A model generated the notes under the pieces. The model saw nothing but the letters and a program-made list of their open reading frames with translations. It was not told where the DNA came from and ran no database searches. From contig NC_059431.1 in NCBI RefSeq assembly GCF_021028975.2, positions 36,208,001 to 36,272,000 of the forward strand: a stretch of DNA of 64,000 nt, given 5' to 3'. Shown here one piece after another: positions 21,837-34,646 of the stretch. This DNA comes from Sphaerodactylus townsendi. Lineage: Eukaryota. Each line of letters starts with the position of its first letter. Positions within the stretch are counted from its first letter, which is position 1. The translations under genes were made by a program, and so were the position numbers.

Positions 21837-21989
21837 CTAAGAAATCAAGAAAATGATTATATGCATTAGAAGGTGAGCTGGGGTAAATAAATTTCAACAT
21901 TTTTGTGAGTTATAGAACTCGGGAAAGGCAGTTTCACTTAATTTACACTGTAATTACTTTTCTTGTTCTTTTGATTTCTTCTAAGGTCT

Positions 21990-22155
21990 AGGCAAGCCTG
22001 ATTTTGTCAGATCTCAGATGCTAAGCAGGATTGGTCCTGATTAGTACTTGGATGAAGGAATAACAGGGGAAAGCACTGGCAAACCACCTCAGTTAGTCTC
22101 TTGCCTTGAAAACTCTATGGGGTTGCCATAAATCAGCTGTGAATTGATGGCACTC
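21990..22155 (+). mobile_element. 5S-rRNA-derived SINE in F2R intron
   Basis: gcctgattttgtcagatctcagatgctaagcagg...ttagtacttggatg is 5S-like, followed by an RTE-like tail. Confidence 0.65.
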
Positions 22156-22347
22156 TAAACTCACGCACGATTAATATACTTTCTAAGTACTACATTTTTC
22201 GTTCTTATATTTTATCATTGTGATTTCTATGTAACATTCCACTGACATTCTTAATAACATACATTATGCTAGCAAAAAAATTTTTGACATCAAATCACAG
22301 CTGGCTGCCTCTGCATCATGACCCTGGTATTCTTTGGAGGTCTCCTC

Positions 22348-22640
22348 CAGCGTGGTGTAGTGGTTAAGAGTGGTGGATTCTAATCTGGGGAACTGAGTTT
22401 GATTTCCCATTCCCCCACTTCAGCGGTGGACTCTAACCTGCTGAACTGGATTTATTTCCCCAATCCTGCAGGGTGACCTTGGGCTACTTACAGTTCTTCA
22501 GAACTCTCTCAGCCCCACCTGCCTCACAAGGTGTATTTTGTGGGAAGAGGAAGGGAAAGGAGTTTGTCAGCCACCTTGAGTCTCCTTACAGGAGAGAAAG
22601 GCGAGGTATAAACCCAAACTCCTCCTCCCCTTCCTCCTCC
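22348..22640 (+). mobile_element. tRNA/CORE SINE (related subfamily)
   Basis: gcgtggtgtagtggttaagag head, gggtgaccttgggc core, ggtataaacccaaactcctcc tail. Confidence 0.75.
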
Positions 22641-23485
22641 TTCTCCCAGCCAAATACTAGCCAGGGGCGGGGCTGAAAGTATGTGAGTGGTCCAAACTCA
22701 CGCAAGAAGGCTTCCATGGCCCAAATGGGGATTTCAGCTTGAGTTTTCCAGGTCCCAGTCCAATACCTCAACCACTATACCAAGTTCTAGTCCAACACCT
22801 TAACCAGCAAATATATACTCATCACATAAAATGCATACATAACTGGATATATTTAAGTACCAACGTTAAATTTCATGTGTTGTTGTGGCAACCCCACTGC
22901 CACTCTACACCTTTTTATCACTATGAGGCAGATTTTCCCACTTTTTTCCTTTTGGCCCCATGGGACTGAGTGGAGTTTCTGTTGGTGTGTGATGGTTTCA
23001 GGCTACAGTTCTAATATTATCCAATGCTAATGCCTTTTTCTTTTTAAACCAATCCCCTTTAAAAAGGCACTGAAGAACTGAGACAGGTTCAAACAAATTA
23101 TGAGGAAAATTTATTGAACAAAGATGGATTATGAAGAAAATCAGCAGATGTAAATCAGGCAGGAATAAACTTTGTACAATCTTTGGTTTCTGCCACAGTC
23201 ACAGGACTTTATCAAGCTTTCTCAGTTGTTATATTTCATATAAAGGTGCATTTTTGTCGAGTTATTCTTAGGTATTATCAACTTATGAATTCAAAAAACA
23301 CTCTGGGTTCTAACAGGCTGATACCCTTTCTCTTGTACACACTGCCTCTCCACTATTAGACACCCGTTCTACAGAAATCTCCCTCATGAGGTAACTTAAG
23401 CAGATCACTGACATGGATAGCATGAAAGACTTGCAGTTCAACAAATGTAGTAGAGATGTAGCCCAGAGATGTTTCGCAAAAGAGG

Positions 23486-23835
23486 TAAGAACATAAGAAC
23501 AAGCCAGCTGGATCAGACTGGAGTCCATCTAGTTCAGCTCTCTGCTACTCGCAGTGGCCCACCAGGTGCCTTTGGGAGCTCACATGCAGGATGTGAAAGC
23601 AATGGCCTTCTGCGGCTGTTGCTCCTGAGCACCTGGACTGTTAAGGCATTTGCAATCTCAGATCAAAGAGGATCAAGATTGGTGGCCATAAATCGACTTC
23701 TCCATAAATCTGTCCAAGCCCCTTTAAAAACTATCCAGGTTAGTGGCCATCACCACCTCCTGTGGCAGCATATTCCAAACACCAATCACACGTTGCGTGA
23801 AGAAGTGTTTCCTTTTATTAGTCCTAATTCTTCCC
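23486..23835 (-). mobile_element. CR1-type LINE 3' end
   Basis: taagaacataagaac tail. Near-identical to 43250-43551. Confidence 0.75.
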
Positions 23836-26719
23836 CCCTAATTCTTCCCCACCAGGGGCCTTCTGGTATCAACCCATGGTGACTCTGCTCATATCAACAG
23901 GAAGAAAAGGGGGTCTCCATTAGGAAAGATACTACAGTGGAAATACACCCCTTTCAATCTTGTTACAAACTGAGCTGCTTAAAAGGAAAAAACACGCACA
24001 AAGATTCCAATCCTAAATTCCAGCTGTATACTCTTTGTGATTTCCTGCTATCAGCACCGTTGTGTAAGAAACAGGAAAAGAACAGAAGAGGTTTGACAAC
24101 AGGAAAGGAGAAAATGATTTAGCAATTCAAGTAGGAAGAAAAATAATGTAAAAATATTCATTTGGCTTCATTAAAACCCCTGTTCTATTCAATGTAATAT
24201 TCAGAGGGTCATTAGTGAAGCTATACCTGCATTTTACATTAAAATTGGCTGCGATAAACTGTTTTCTAAGACAATTCACAATATAGACTGTTTACTAACT
24301 CAGCCATGCAATAAATAGCCGATAGAAGAAAGCTCATTAAGACCAATAAAGAGAATGGCATTCAAACTCCAAAAGAATGGATTAAAATATCACAAGAATT
24401 TTATTCAGCTTTTATCCAACTATGATTGCAATGACAAGCAAATTCAGTGTGATTGTAGACTGGTGGTTTTTTTTTTTTTGGCTTATCAGCATTCATTAAC
24501 AATTGTGATTTTTCTCTGTAGCTGATAAAAGCCTCCCCCCCCACTCAAAACTAGTTGATTTCCTGTTTAAATGTTTCACTTTACTTTAAGCTTTACTTGA
24601 AAGTAAATGTGGCCAGGGAACTGTAACAGTGACATTTTTCTATGGTTTGTGCAGTGCAGAAAAGACAGGATGCTTCACAAACAACACCTACAACCTATTT
24701 CTTACAAAATAAGAACAAGTTGCTTTTGAATTTGAAATCTACTGCTTTATGAAATATAATTTTAAATAAAGCATATGCTGACTAAGGTATGTTGGTAAGT
24801 TATTTAATTCTACAACTAAATTTACACAGAGCAACAAATCGCAGTCTAATTATTTGTGCTCAACAAAAAAAATGTCCCACTTTATGGTAAATGCAGCTTG
24901 GTTGTTCCTCAAATCACATTTTATAACTTTAAAAACCCTTGTTTTTAATAGTTCTTGGTACTAAGAGGCTCCAAATGTATTTGACATATTCACTTTCAGG
25001 TGAAAAAGATATCTAAATAGAAATATCTACAGTGAAGTCCTATGTAGAGTTATACACCTTTCTAAACCCATTAACTTCAATGTTCTCAGACTGCTGTACC
25101 TGTTTATGACTGCACTGTTAGGCATTAAAGAACAGCATTCTAATTCTCATGTGAAAAGGGTATGAACAAATACAGAAAGGACAGAGATATTGTTCAAACC
25201 CAGACCTACAGATCAAGGCTATGCAAGTCTTGCACTGTACATGTCCAGGAATACACTCATAAAACATGAACATTTGCAAATTGCTGTTGAGACTACAGGC
25301 CAGGATGGTTAAGTTACAAAATATCTGTGGTTATGCACAAAAAAGGACTAAGGCTACTACTGTTTGGGACTTTGGGACTTCTTCCCATTCCACAGATGAG
25401 GTATCTGAAAAAAGCCATCATCCAGACTCAAACCAAAAGCCTATTCCTATTAGCCATTCATGCTCCAATGACAAATCTTTTAAGATTCTCTACATCTTTT
25501 TTTGTGCTTTTAAGTCATCATTGCACTGCAGGCAAGAAAGCATTCAGTCTAAGTATGATCCTTCACTTTAATTTATTTACAAACACTGATACTTCATGAG
25601 TGCCAAAACCAAGTTTACTAGGAGCAATTGCAAACACTCAAAAACAAACATAAACTACATGCCTGCCTGAACCAAGTTTCCAAATCCTCCTTCTTAATCT
25701 GAATATGAGGCCCACTGACTCATCAAGAGCAGTGCTGTGCTTTGAGTCAATATTTTCCCAATTTATCAGCAGTACAAGAAGTGCAACAACAATGGAGGAA
25801 GATTAGATAACAAGAAAGATTTTCGCCTTCCTATATCTCCATACCACTAACAGAAAGAAAATCCAGTAAACTCAGAGAGTGAATATGATTGTTTACCACC
25901 ACAGAAACAACTTACAACTTTCCAAGTTTTAAAAGGAAAAAGGATTCCTTGTCTCTTTCAAGTAGCTCCTTTCCTGGTAAGATCCCGTATATTGCCCATG
26001 TATGGTACTATTTACTGAATAAGTGTGTGTTTATTCTCACAAACAAGCAAGAAAAAAAAAGAATACTACATGGATATCTATTTCTCAGTTAGTTGACTAG
26101 GCACAGCAAACAACTGATATCCAAAAAGTAAGAAAACAATCCCATGTTCCTCATCTGTTATGCATTATGATTTTAGGGCACTGCTCTACCTGGCTGTAAC
26201 CCTGCAGTTTGGCTGGTTGCCTCCCGCCACCCACTCCGGAGACTGAGCGCCAGGAAAAGGGATTCCTTATCTCTTTCAAGCAGCTTCTTTCCCGGCCAGA
26301 TCAGAACAGAATTGACTGTGACTCATTGAAGACATTTAAAAAACAACCCCAAAAACAAAGTATAAGGATTTGATGGGAGAGGGTACAACTAAGAAGCGCA
26401 CTCCTACTTTTAACAACTTTTCAACAGAAACAAAACCTTCACAAACGCAGTTCTCTCGCTTCTCCTCGGGCTTTGTTTCAGCAGGTCAGCTTACTTTGGA
26501 CACTGCAAGGAGCTTAGCTCGGGTCTCCAAACAAGACCTCCCCCCCCCCCACCCGGGAAAACATCGGGAGGGAAAGGAGCTGCTCTTCTCTCTTATCCCA
26601 AGCCTCTCTCAGCCTGCACTCGAAGGAAGCATATCCAGGGAACAAATGCTCGCCCAGGAACAAAAGGTGTCTTTTAGCATCTCAGTTGAAGGCAACATAA
26701 TGGTTTGTGGTCTGGGGTG

Positions 26720-27440
26720 TCCCCTGCGTCAGGCGCATGAAGCGCGTTTTGAGTTGGCGGATACATGTTTGGGGCCAAAGACAGACAGACTCTCCTGCCA
26801 GCTGCATCTGAATACCGCGCTGTAGGAGCTCTCTCGCCTAGCTGCGTGTAAGGTGCGGTACCCAGCTTCCGTCACACCCAATCACCCACGAGGAGGACTT
26901 TCCAGCTCACTTGCAGAGCCCAATCCTAAACAGAGCGAGTGACCCACTGAGCTCAGCGGACTGCAGCTCTCTTTAGGGCAGTGCCGCGAAAAGGGGAGCC
27001 GCAACCCGAGCCAAGTGCTTTCACCAAACCCTTGCCCGGAAAAATGGCTGAACCGCCTTCCCCAGGAGCGACCCCTCCACAACGGAGCTCCCCGCCGACG
27101 CCACTTACCCCCTTGCCCGGAGGGGAAGGAGAACGCGAGAGAAACCAGAGCTGCGCTGCAGCCCAGCAATGGGAAGACCGGCGGCAACCCCATGGCCGCC
27201 TCGCCTCTGGGAAGCGCCCAGAAACTTGCAGCCCCAAACTTCTGCACGCGCGTCTGATGGGAACGCGACAGCCAGCCCAGAAAGCCCCCCCCCCCCCACC
27301 GCCGCGTGGTTGAGGAGGGACAGGGAACAGTCTCCGCCCCCAGCCGGCGTGAGAGGCGACGCGAGCACAGGGAGAATCCGCTTGGTACTTTCATCAGCCT
27401 CAGCCCTTCCCCCTTCAGAGGGCAGCAAACGGCCCCGCTT
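26720..27440. promoter_or_regulatory. CpG island over F2R promoter / exon 1 / start of intron 1
   Basis: High GC and many CpGs in an otherwise CpG-depleted AT-rich window. Not explained by a recognisable repeat. Confidence 0.75.
27109..27193 (-). CDS. F2R: F2R/PAR1 exon 1 (signal peptide MGLPPVFPLLGCSAALVSLAFSFPSGQG + 1 nt)
   Basis: Kozak gcggccATGG at 27193, hydrophobic signal peptide, donor G|GTAAGT at 27108. 85 nt, phase 1, matching exon 2. Lies in a CpG-rich region. Confidence 0.92.
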
Positions 27441-27589
27441 AACTTCTTGCTCATCTTTGCATTCCCTTCAGCATTAAACTGAATGCATTGATTCTAAATT
27501 AGTAATTGCTGAAACAAGCCCTGTGGGGATAGAGCTTGGAAACTAAGCAGGGTCAGTCCTGGTTAGTATTTGGATGGGAGGTACAAGTG

Positions 27590-28478
27590 ACATTTTTAAT
27601 GGAGGGGGGTTCAGGAAGGGGGCCATGCCCCACCTGCCCATGGAGTGTGTGGCCACGCCTGCCCAAGGCCCCCCCCCCCAGTGTTTATAAAAGCAGCTCT
27701 CCAAGGCCAGTGACGGCAGCCTGCCCTGCCCCCCCCCCCACTGGCTGGACTCCCCTGCCCCACCCCCCCACTGGTTGGACTCCCTGCTGGCAGTCCCTCT
27801 GCCCTCCCCTCTGGGCAGAGGCGTAGCTAGGGAAAATGGAGCCTGGTGCAAAATCTGAGATTTGCACCCCCGCCCCCTAATGGGCGGCTGTTGTGATGCT
27901 GGAATCCACCCCCAAACAGCATCACTTTCAATGGTGTTTAAGTTAGGGAGCCCAGATTCTCCTTTTAAATCTACTTGAAAGGGAGAATCTGGGGTCCCTA
28001 GTTAAAACAACATTGAAAGTGATGCTGTTTTGGGGTGGACTATCCCCGACCCTGAAACAGCATCACTTTCAATGTTGTTTTAACTGGGGACCCCGGACTC
28101 TCTCTTTAAATCCATGCCAAAGAGGTGGATTTAAAAGGAGAATCTGGGGAAACTTGCGGGGGGGTGGGGGGGTGCCTGCTGTCAGGGGTGAAATTGTTAA
28201 GCTAGCAGCACCAAACTTTCAGGATATCTTTAGGAGACTCTCCTGATGATACCACCCAGGTTTGGTGAAATTTGGTTCAGGGGGTCCAAAGTTATGGATC
28301 CTCTTCTATTAGCCCCCATCTTCTATTAGCTCCCATTGGAAACAATGGAGGATGGGACACCCCCTTTGGGAGTCCATAACTTTGGACCCCCTGAACCAAA
28401 CCTCACCAAACTTGGGTGGCATCATCAAAAGAGTCTCCCAACAAATCCCTGAAATTTTGGTGCTGCTAGCCTAAAAAC
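27590..28478. mobile_element. Composite non-autonomous DNA-transposon-like repeat inserted in a 5S-derived SINE (27536-27580 / 28481-28568)
   Basis: Inverted homology to 53243-53898 and partial homology to 50060-50420. Internal inverted blocks aaacagcatcactttcaatg. Confidence 0.7.
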
Positions 28479-30248
28479 ACCAGGTCTATGTACAGAGGAA
28501 GGCAATAGTAAACTAGTGAACTTTAGAGGGGGTCACCGATCATAAATCAGCTGTAATTTGAAAACACTTTGTGCACACATATATAATTGCTGCTAATACA
28601 AGTAAGAATCTCGTTTTGACACACTTGGTGAAATCAAGAGGTTGGGAGAAAGTCAGACACTTTTATGACTTCACCCTTACCTATTTCATGTTCTTGAAAT
28701 TTATAAAGAGGACTCAGATAAGTGGAATGAGCCTGATAGGGCCAAAAACATTGAAGTGCAGCCCCCTGTTACTGTATTGAAATTACTGAGAATCAAGTCA
28801 CACTCCTCTCCCCAACCCCAAATGGTGTTCAAAGCAGTTTGCCGCATTGCCAGGAGTCCGGAACAGGGTGAGGAGACTGAAATGGGTCCACTGGGTGACA
28901 GTAGTTAAATCTCCCTAAAAGAAGCTTGTAATTTCAGTCTAGCACCCCTTGAAGGTTCATGGAATCATTCTTTCTTCTATTAAACATTCACCCACCCCTG
29001 AACTGGTTCACAAATACAAGCCAGAATGGGCAATGGTTGAGCATAAATGTGGTAGGATGTATGTCCTGTCTTTGATTATACCAGTTGAACTTCATTCATA
29101 GAGACTTTGTAAGACTGCACTCCAGTTATATTCTGGGACTGACCTGCCATAACGGAGCATTATTAGAATACCCCTTTACTTCCTGTTTACTCATAAAAAT
29201 CATGTTTCATATTTGGAATATTCTTCATTTTTCCCCATTACTTTCTCTCAAAGATGACAATGAAAATGTTCTCTGACAAAAACTGCAGAAGTACCCAATC
29301 ACAGTGGGCAGCAGACTTGAACAGTAGTGGATGAAATTGAAAACTGCCTCTCCTCATCCCAAATTATCTAACTAATTTTTCAAAGGAGGTTGCCAGAAAC
29401 AGTTGCTTTTCTTGCCAAACCAGTGATCAGAATACTATTAGAAATTCACATGGTAAATTAGTCCTGAATGGAAAATAGCAAAAACAGTTGGATGAAATGG
29501 ACTGAAATGTCCACAGGTTTATCCTACAATTAATATTAGTCTAAAGAATTGCAAACCTCCCTTTTTGTTTTTCTTGCAACCCAGCTATCTCTCTGGAATG
29601 TGTTGAGTAACTAGACTTTGTCAAAGGGTCCAATGATTTGGCAAAAATGAAGAGGGGGTATTTTTTAAAGATCTGCTCGGAAGTATGTATACATTGACCT
29701 TGGTTTTGGTATTTTTGTCATTGACCCAGGGACAAGCTAGATAACAGTTAGATACTCTCCTCAAGAATTCTTGAACTTTCAATAATTCTTTACTAAAGAA
29801 ATTCAATAAGGCAGTGATTTCTTGTATGGAAAGCCATGCAAGCATTTAGTAGATTTTTAACAGATATTAAGAAGCCAAACTTTTGACATGTTTTTATTCT
29901 CTAGAGGTCAAAGATCTCTTCCGAATCAGCTGTGCAGAGCTGTGAAGTACTCATTGGATTCCTTGATGACTACCCCAAAGAGAAAAGGCTGAGCTTTACC
30001 CAAACTGGTCTTGTGAAAGGAGTCCTCTGTAGAAGCAAAGAATAAGACTTCTTTAGCTTTGTACACAATCCTCACCCCTTTTAAGTTGTTAATGTTTCTT
30101 TGGAAGATGGAGTGAGACTCTTTCTTCTAGCAACATTTTGAGGTTCTATATTAGAATAGATAACTACACTACTCAGTTACAAACATGTAAATTAAATAAT
30201 CAAATAATGTACAACAACAAAAGCAATTTAAAATAAAGTAGATGCTGA

Positions 30249-30264
30249 TTTATTGCATTTTATT
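30249..30264 (-). terminator. Candidate IQGAP2 polyadenylation signals (two AATAAA)
   Basis: tttatt at 30249-30254 and 30259-30264, about 0.73 kb after the stop. A U/GU-rich stretch follows on the minus strand. Confidence 0.55.
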
Positions 30265-30983
30265 TATGGATTTTACCCCCTCTTTTCTTACAAAAAGACA
30301 GACACAATTTATTTCTCCAAAATACGTCAAATACATTGCAAAAAACTGATCACTATTTAAATTGCCCCTTTACACTTAAATTAAAAGGTTGTATATAGAT
30401 GATTTTATTGAGGCAGTAGTGCATTTTTAGTAGGAATGAATTGCAAAATATATATTTTTATACAGTAAATGTTAAATTTATAATTACCTATAAAACTTTG
30501 AATTGCACAATAATTCACTTTACAATTGACAGGTTTCTGGAAAAAAGCAGTCCGCATTTAAGCGAAATATTTGCCAAAATATTTAGAGACACAATCAGGA
30601 TTTTTCTCTACGAGTAATTGTCTAAGGAAAGCTATATTTGGGATATATTTTAGTGGAAAATGATTTCTAAATATTCTGTTCAAATAAGTGTCTTGCATAC
30701 TTTTTTTAAAAAATCAGACATGCAATGTTTGGATGCCACTAAATCAGATTCTTTTAAATACAGTACCAACACCAGTGAGAAATCAGGAATTATTTAGGTT
30801 GATTTGAATGTTCTTATTTTCCTACTGTATTATCAAAGGACTAAAAAGGCACATAAGTACATTCCTCTGGACTTCCTTGAAGAAAACATCTGCTGTATAA
30901 TAGCTTTGAATGGTTAAAAAGCAGAGACCCCAAACTGGGATCCTTGATTTGATTTGAAGATGAGTCCAAGTTCCCATCCGGCT

Positions 30984-31097
30984 TTATTTTCCATAGAATT
31001 TTTTGTTCAGGAGGAATATGAGAAGGTTTACATTCACTTTAGCTCTATCAAACATTTTCATTACAGAGACACCTTCGTACTGCATTTGAAGCAAATC
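30984..31097 (-). CDS. IQGAP2: IQGAP2 last coding exon (DLLQMQYEGV...LNKKFYGK*)
   Basis: 114 nt, ttttttattgtAG acceptor, TAA stop. Canonical IQGAP C-terminus NKKFYGK. Confidence 0.96.
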   Translation of the reverse strand, partial: DLLQMQYEGVSVMKMFDRAKVNVNLLIFLLNKKFYGK

Positions 31098-31286
31098 CTA
31101 CAATAAAAAAGAAAGAAGTTTAAGTATATATCTCCAAGTTTAAATTACATTTTTTTCATATGCTGTTACACATAAAAGAGAGAAAAATCTAGGTACACAT
31201 AAAAGCTTCAAAGCCATCCCCTTTCCAAGTAGTAGCAAAAAAGTCAATATTTCCCATTCAAATCTCACATCAACCAAACTCAGTAG

Positions 31287-31373
31287 CAGTGCCATCCTAA
31301 GCAGAATTACACCTTTCTAAGTCCACTGACTTCAGTAGATTTAGAAAGGTGTAACTTGCTTAGGATGGCACTG
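31287..31373. mobile_element. Short palindromic MITE
   Basis: cagtgccatcctaagcagaattacacctttctaa / ttagaaaggtgtaacttgcttaggatggcactg. A degenerate relative lies at about 25029-25118. Confidence 0.7.
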
Positions 31374-32079
31374 TAGGTGGCTTGAGAAAAACTACCTATT
31401 CCAGTGGCTGACTCCTGCCCTAGTCTTCAATATCAGATTAATAGTAATTTATAGTATTACTGGAGTGATTATTGAGAAAATGTATATTTTCTAACCTCGC
31501 TAAAGGGTTGCAGTTACACTATCTATGTAAAAACCCAAAAATGGTGAGGCATTACAGGGCACTAGAGCATCACAACTGGCATTTAGAAGAGTGTGTTCAT
31601 GGAAACATACATTGTAAAGGACCTTCTCCTCTCTCCTGTCACCAGGAGCCGTCCAAAGTCTTCTGATTGCCACCTTTTAGTTATTTCCCTGCTTTAGTTT
31701 TTCCCTACTTGGCACTTACTACCTGTTCCTTTTCCTACAGCGGTTTACACCTTGTGAAAAGGTTTTTCTGAAATGGTGGGGGACAGAATCTGTCAGGGCA
31801 TCTTATTAGCAAGAGATTTTAATGAGATTCAAATGCGCAAGCATTTTCCTGAGGAGTGGGGGTAAATGGAGTTTTACTGTATTTTGTTTAGAACTTTAAG
31901 GCTGCTTGAAGCCCAAAGGAAAGCCACTACCAAGCAGCCAGGCACTTTAAATGGAGATTTTCTTTTCAAAGCAGGGGATTTTCCTTCCTATCCTTAATCT
32001 CTCGTAAAATTCAAACATCACGATTACCTCCTTATCCACCAAAGTGGCAAAGTGTACCTGTCGCAGAATCACTATTTAC

Positions 32080-32188
32080 CTGAAAATGGAGCTGTACCTT
32101 ATCCATGTCCACTCCCAAGAACTTTGCTTTGATATCAAAATCACCTACTTCTTCACCAGGCGTAATATCGAAAGTGACATTCTTAAAT
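32080..32188 (-). CDS. IQGAP2: IQGAP2 penultimate exon (FKNVTFDITP...VQLHFQ)
   Basis: 109 nt, ttttattttaAG / GTaaat, phase 2-0. Confidence 0.94.
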
Positions 32189-32342
32189 CTTAAAATAAAA
32201 ATGACAATCATGTGCATGGATGAATATGTTTTATGCTAAAGTAATGAACAGCTACAAATGAAATAATAAAAATGACAAATTAAGCTGTTACCTAAAATAC
32301 CTTATTTTTTTCAAAAAAAATCAGACCAGTTAATGTTTAAGT

Positions 32343-32524
32343 CAGTGGTTCTCAACCTTCCTAATGCCGCGACCCTTTAATACAGTTCCTCATGTTGTGG
32401 TGACCCCCAACCATAAAATTATTTGTGTCTCGGTTCCTAAGACCATCAGAAATATGTGTTTTCCGATTGTCTTAGGCGACCCCTGTGAAAGGGTCGTTCA
32501 ACCCCCAAAGGTTGAGAACAACTG
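32343..32524 (+). mobile_element. SPIN-type (URR1-like) hAT MITE in IQGAP2 intron
   Basis: cagtggttctcaaccttcctaatgccgcgaccctttaatacagttcctcatgttgtggtgacccccaaccataaaattattt... with perfect TSD gtttaagt. Confidence 0.88.
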
Positions 32525-32559
32525 GTTTAAGTGTTGAGATACTGGGATGCGAAACTTAC

Positions 32560-32700
32560 TGATTCGGCTGGACTTCATCAATTCCTAGTATAACCCCCTT
32601 TTCATGCAGCCTTGCTGCTGTATATTTCAGTGAAATGTTCTTAAGTTTGTTTCCCTTCTCTTCCGCCTTTCCACTTAATTTGATTGACCGCCGTGAATTT
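32560..32700 (-). CDS. IQGAP2: IQGAP2 exon (NSRRSIKL...LKYTAARLHEKGV...QPN)
   Basis: 141 nt, tgttttacAG / GTaagt, phase 2-2. Confidence 0.95.
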
Positions 32701-33079
32701 CTGTAAAACAAAGGATGGAAGCAGATGTTAGCCTATGAAAAACTGCATGTTTTTCCTTTCCCTAAGAAAGGAAAAGGTAAATAGATGTTATTGGGTTCAG
32801 ATTTAGAATAACGAATAAAGGCAATCCCTCCTAAATTGTTTGTAAAAACATAGGCAGTTATATAATCCTGCAATACAAAATTTTGTTGGGATTATTGAAT
32901 GCATTTCATATTCTTAAGTAAAATGCTGCTCTGAACCTCAAACCAATTAGCAGTTCTATTCACTCAGTGGCTGTTCTCCTAATCTAAAAAGGAGACTTTC
33001 TAAAATAATACGCCCTTGGGCTATACCTGCAAATGAATGATTGGTCACTTTTAGCATTTATTTTCAGGTAAAGCAAATG

Positions 33080-34060
33080 AGAAGAATATCAGCTTGTGTT
33101 GCATAGATTACAGCAAAACATTTGAATGTATGGATCATGAAAAAGCTATGGCGGGTTTTAAAGGAAATGGGTGTGTCACAGCATTTGATTGGTTTGATCT
33201 ACAACCTGTACTCTGGACAAAAGGCTACTGTTAGGACAGAATATGGTGAAACAGATTAGTTTCCAATTTGCAAAGATGTCAGACAAGGCTGTATTTTATT
33301 TCCTATATGCAGAAGGTTATCATACAGAAAGCTGCATTAGAGTTAGATGAAGGTAGTTAAAATTGGTGGGGGGAACATTAACAATTTGAGAAAAGCAGAT
33401 GATACTGCATTACTGGCAGAAAATAGTGTAGACTTTAAATGAATCCTACTGAAGGTTAAAGCAGAAAGTGGGAAAGCAAGGCTACCAGCTGAATATCAAG
33501 AAGACAAAATGGCAGCCCAATCCAGGGGCGGGCGAATCCCCCTCTGGAGGCTGTGTGGGCCTACACCAGCAGAAATGCCCTGCTTGGGGCACATACCCCA
33601 GCAAAGGAGCAAATTCACTGGCATCTGGTCACTGTGGGGTCCTATGACACCTGGCTACGGTGACCAGCTCTGTGTTGGTGCTCCCAAGCCATGTCGGCGT
33701 GGTGGGAACATGGTGGGGCATTCCTGGGGTGGAGCCAACGTTGGTTGGCTTCCACTTCCTGTTCAGTCCCCTTGTGCCAGCGGAGCTGGCCTCGTTGATA
33801 TAAAACGTTTTCCATGGCATTTCTCTGCTTTCCCCTATGGGGCATTCTGGAGGGCTTTTAAAAAACCTTTGGGGTTTCCTGCACTGAGGGAAAGCCCTTT
33901 AGATGGGGCGGGGCGGCACCAGAGTGGTACTGTCCCTGCCTGCCAGCCCACCCGGATTGGGTTGCAAGACCTGAGCAAGGCTGTTAACAATAGCACATTT
34001 GGGAGGTAGTTAATTTATAGGGTCATTGTGAATCAGAAGCAACTTGATGGCACTTAATAT
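33080..34060 (+). mobile_element. Decayed RTE/BovB-like LINE (RT fragment + 3' tail) interrupted by a MITE
   Basis: Degenerate RT motifs: atagattacagcaaaacatttgaatgtatggatcat (IDYxKxFxCxDH), gtcagacaaggctgtatttta (VRQGCIL), gcagatgatact (ADDT). Confidence 0.75.
33512..33965. mobile_element. MITE nested in RTE fragment
   Basis: TIR gcagcccaatcc / ggattgggttgc with a GC-rich interior. Confidence 0.65.
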
Positions 34061-34646
34061 GCACACAGAGCAAATCACATATTGATTTCACTTGCAGCCA
34101 CCAACTACTCCACCAGAGGGAAGACCCAAATTTTGTAGCCACTTGGTCACTGAAGTGCCAATCTTCAGGTTTCTATTTTGTCTTTATGTATTTTACTAAT
34201 GTTATTTATAGTCTACCTTTCTTGCTGAGACTCATGGAGGATTACACTGGATAATTAAATACAATAAACAGGATGAGATATCCAGTAGACAATGCAATAG
34301 GATAAAGTAGCTCTGATTTTTGTTAGCAGCTTACAGCATATTAATGAAAAACAAGATACAAATTTAAATAAGCGCATTTCGTTCATACATCTATGAATTA
34401 TTCAAGACAGTTCAGAAGCATGGCAGGATAATTCAAATATATTCAGTAATTTATCCAAATAATGATATCTAGTATATCCATATTTTTATCTGCTTTGGAT
34501 AATTTGGGTTTTACTTTCCATAATATGCTGAGAATGGAGTTTTATGCTGGTAAAGGATTTTATAATCTGCCTTGAGTCTCAGTGGGCTATAAGTGCAATA
34601 AATAAAAGCTCTACATATTCATTATACAAGAAAACAAATCACTCAC

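Noticed and set aside
21837-21900. N-terminal MLKFIYPSSPSNAYNHFLDFL of the 424-aa ORF as the PAR1 start
   Set aside because: It is intron read-through across the polypyrimidine tract and AG. It has no signal peptide, and a phase-compatible exon 1 exists at 27109-27193.
21990-22060. Functional 5S rRNA or tRNA genes (also at 80-150, 27536-27580 and the SINE heads)
   Set aside because: Truncated, mutated and fused to SINE bodies.
26882-27477. Several overlapping 80-190 aa ORFs
   Set aside because: Stop-poor CpG-island sequence; only the 85-nt F2R exon 1 is supported.
33509-34009. 166-aa ORF
   Set aside because: Coincides with a GC-rich MITE; no recognisable domain.
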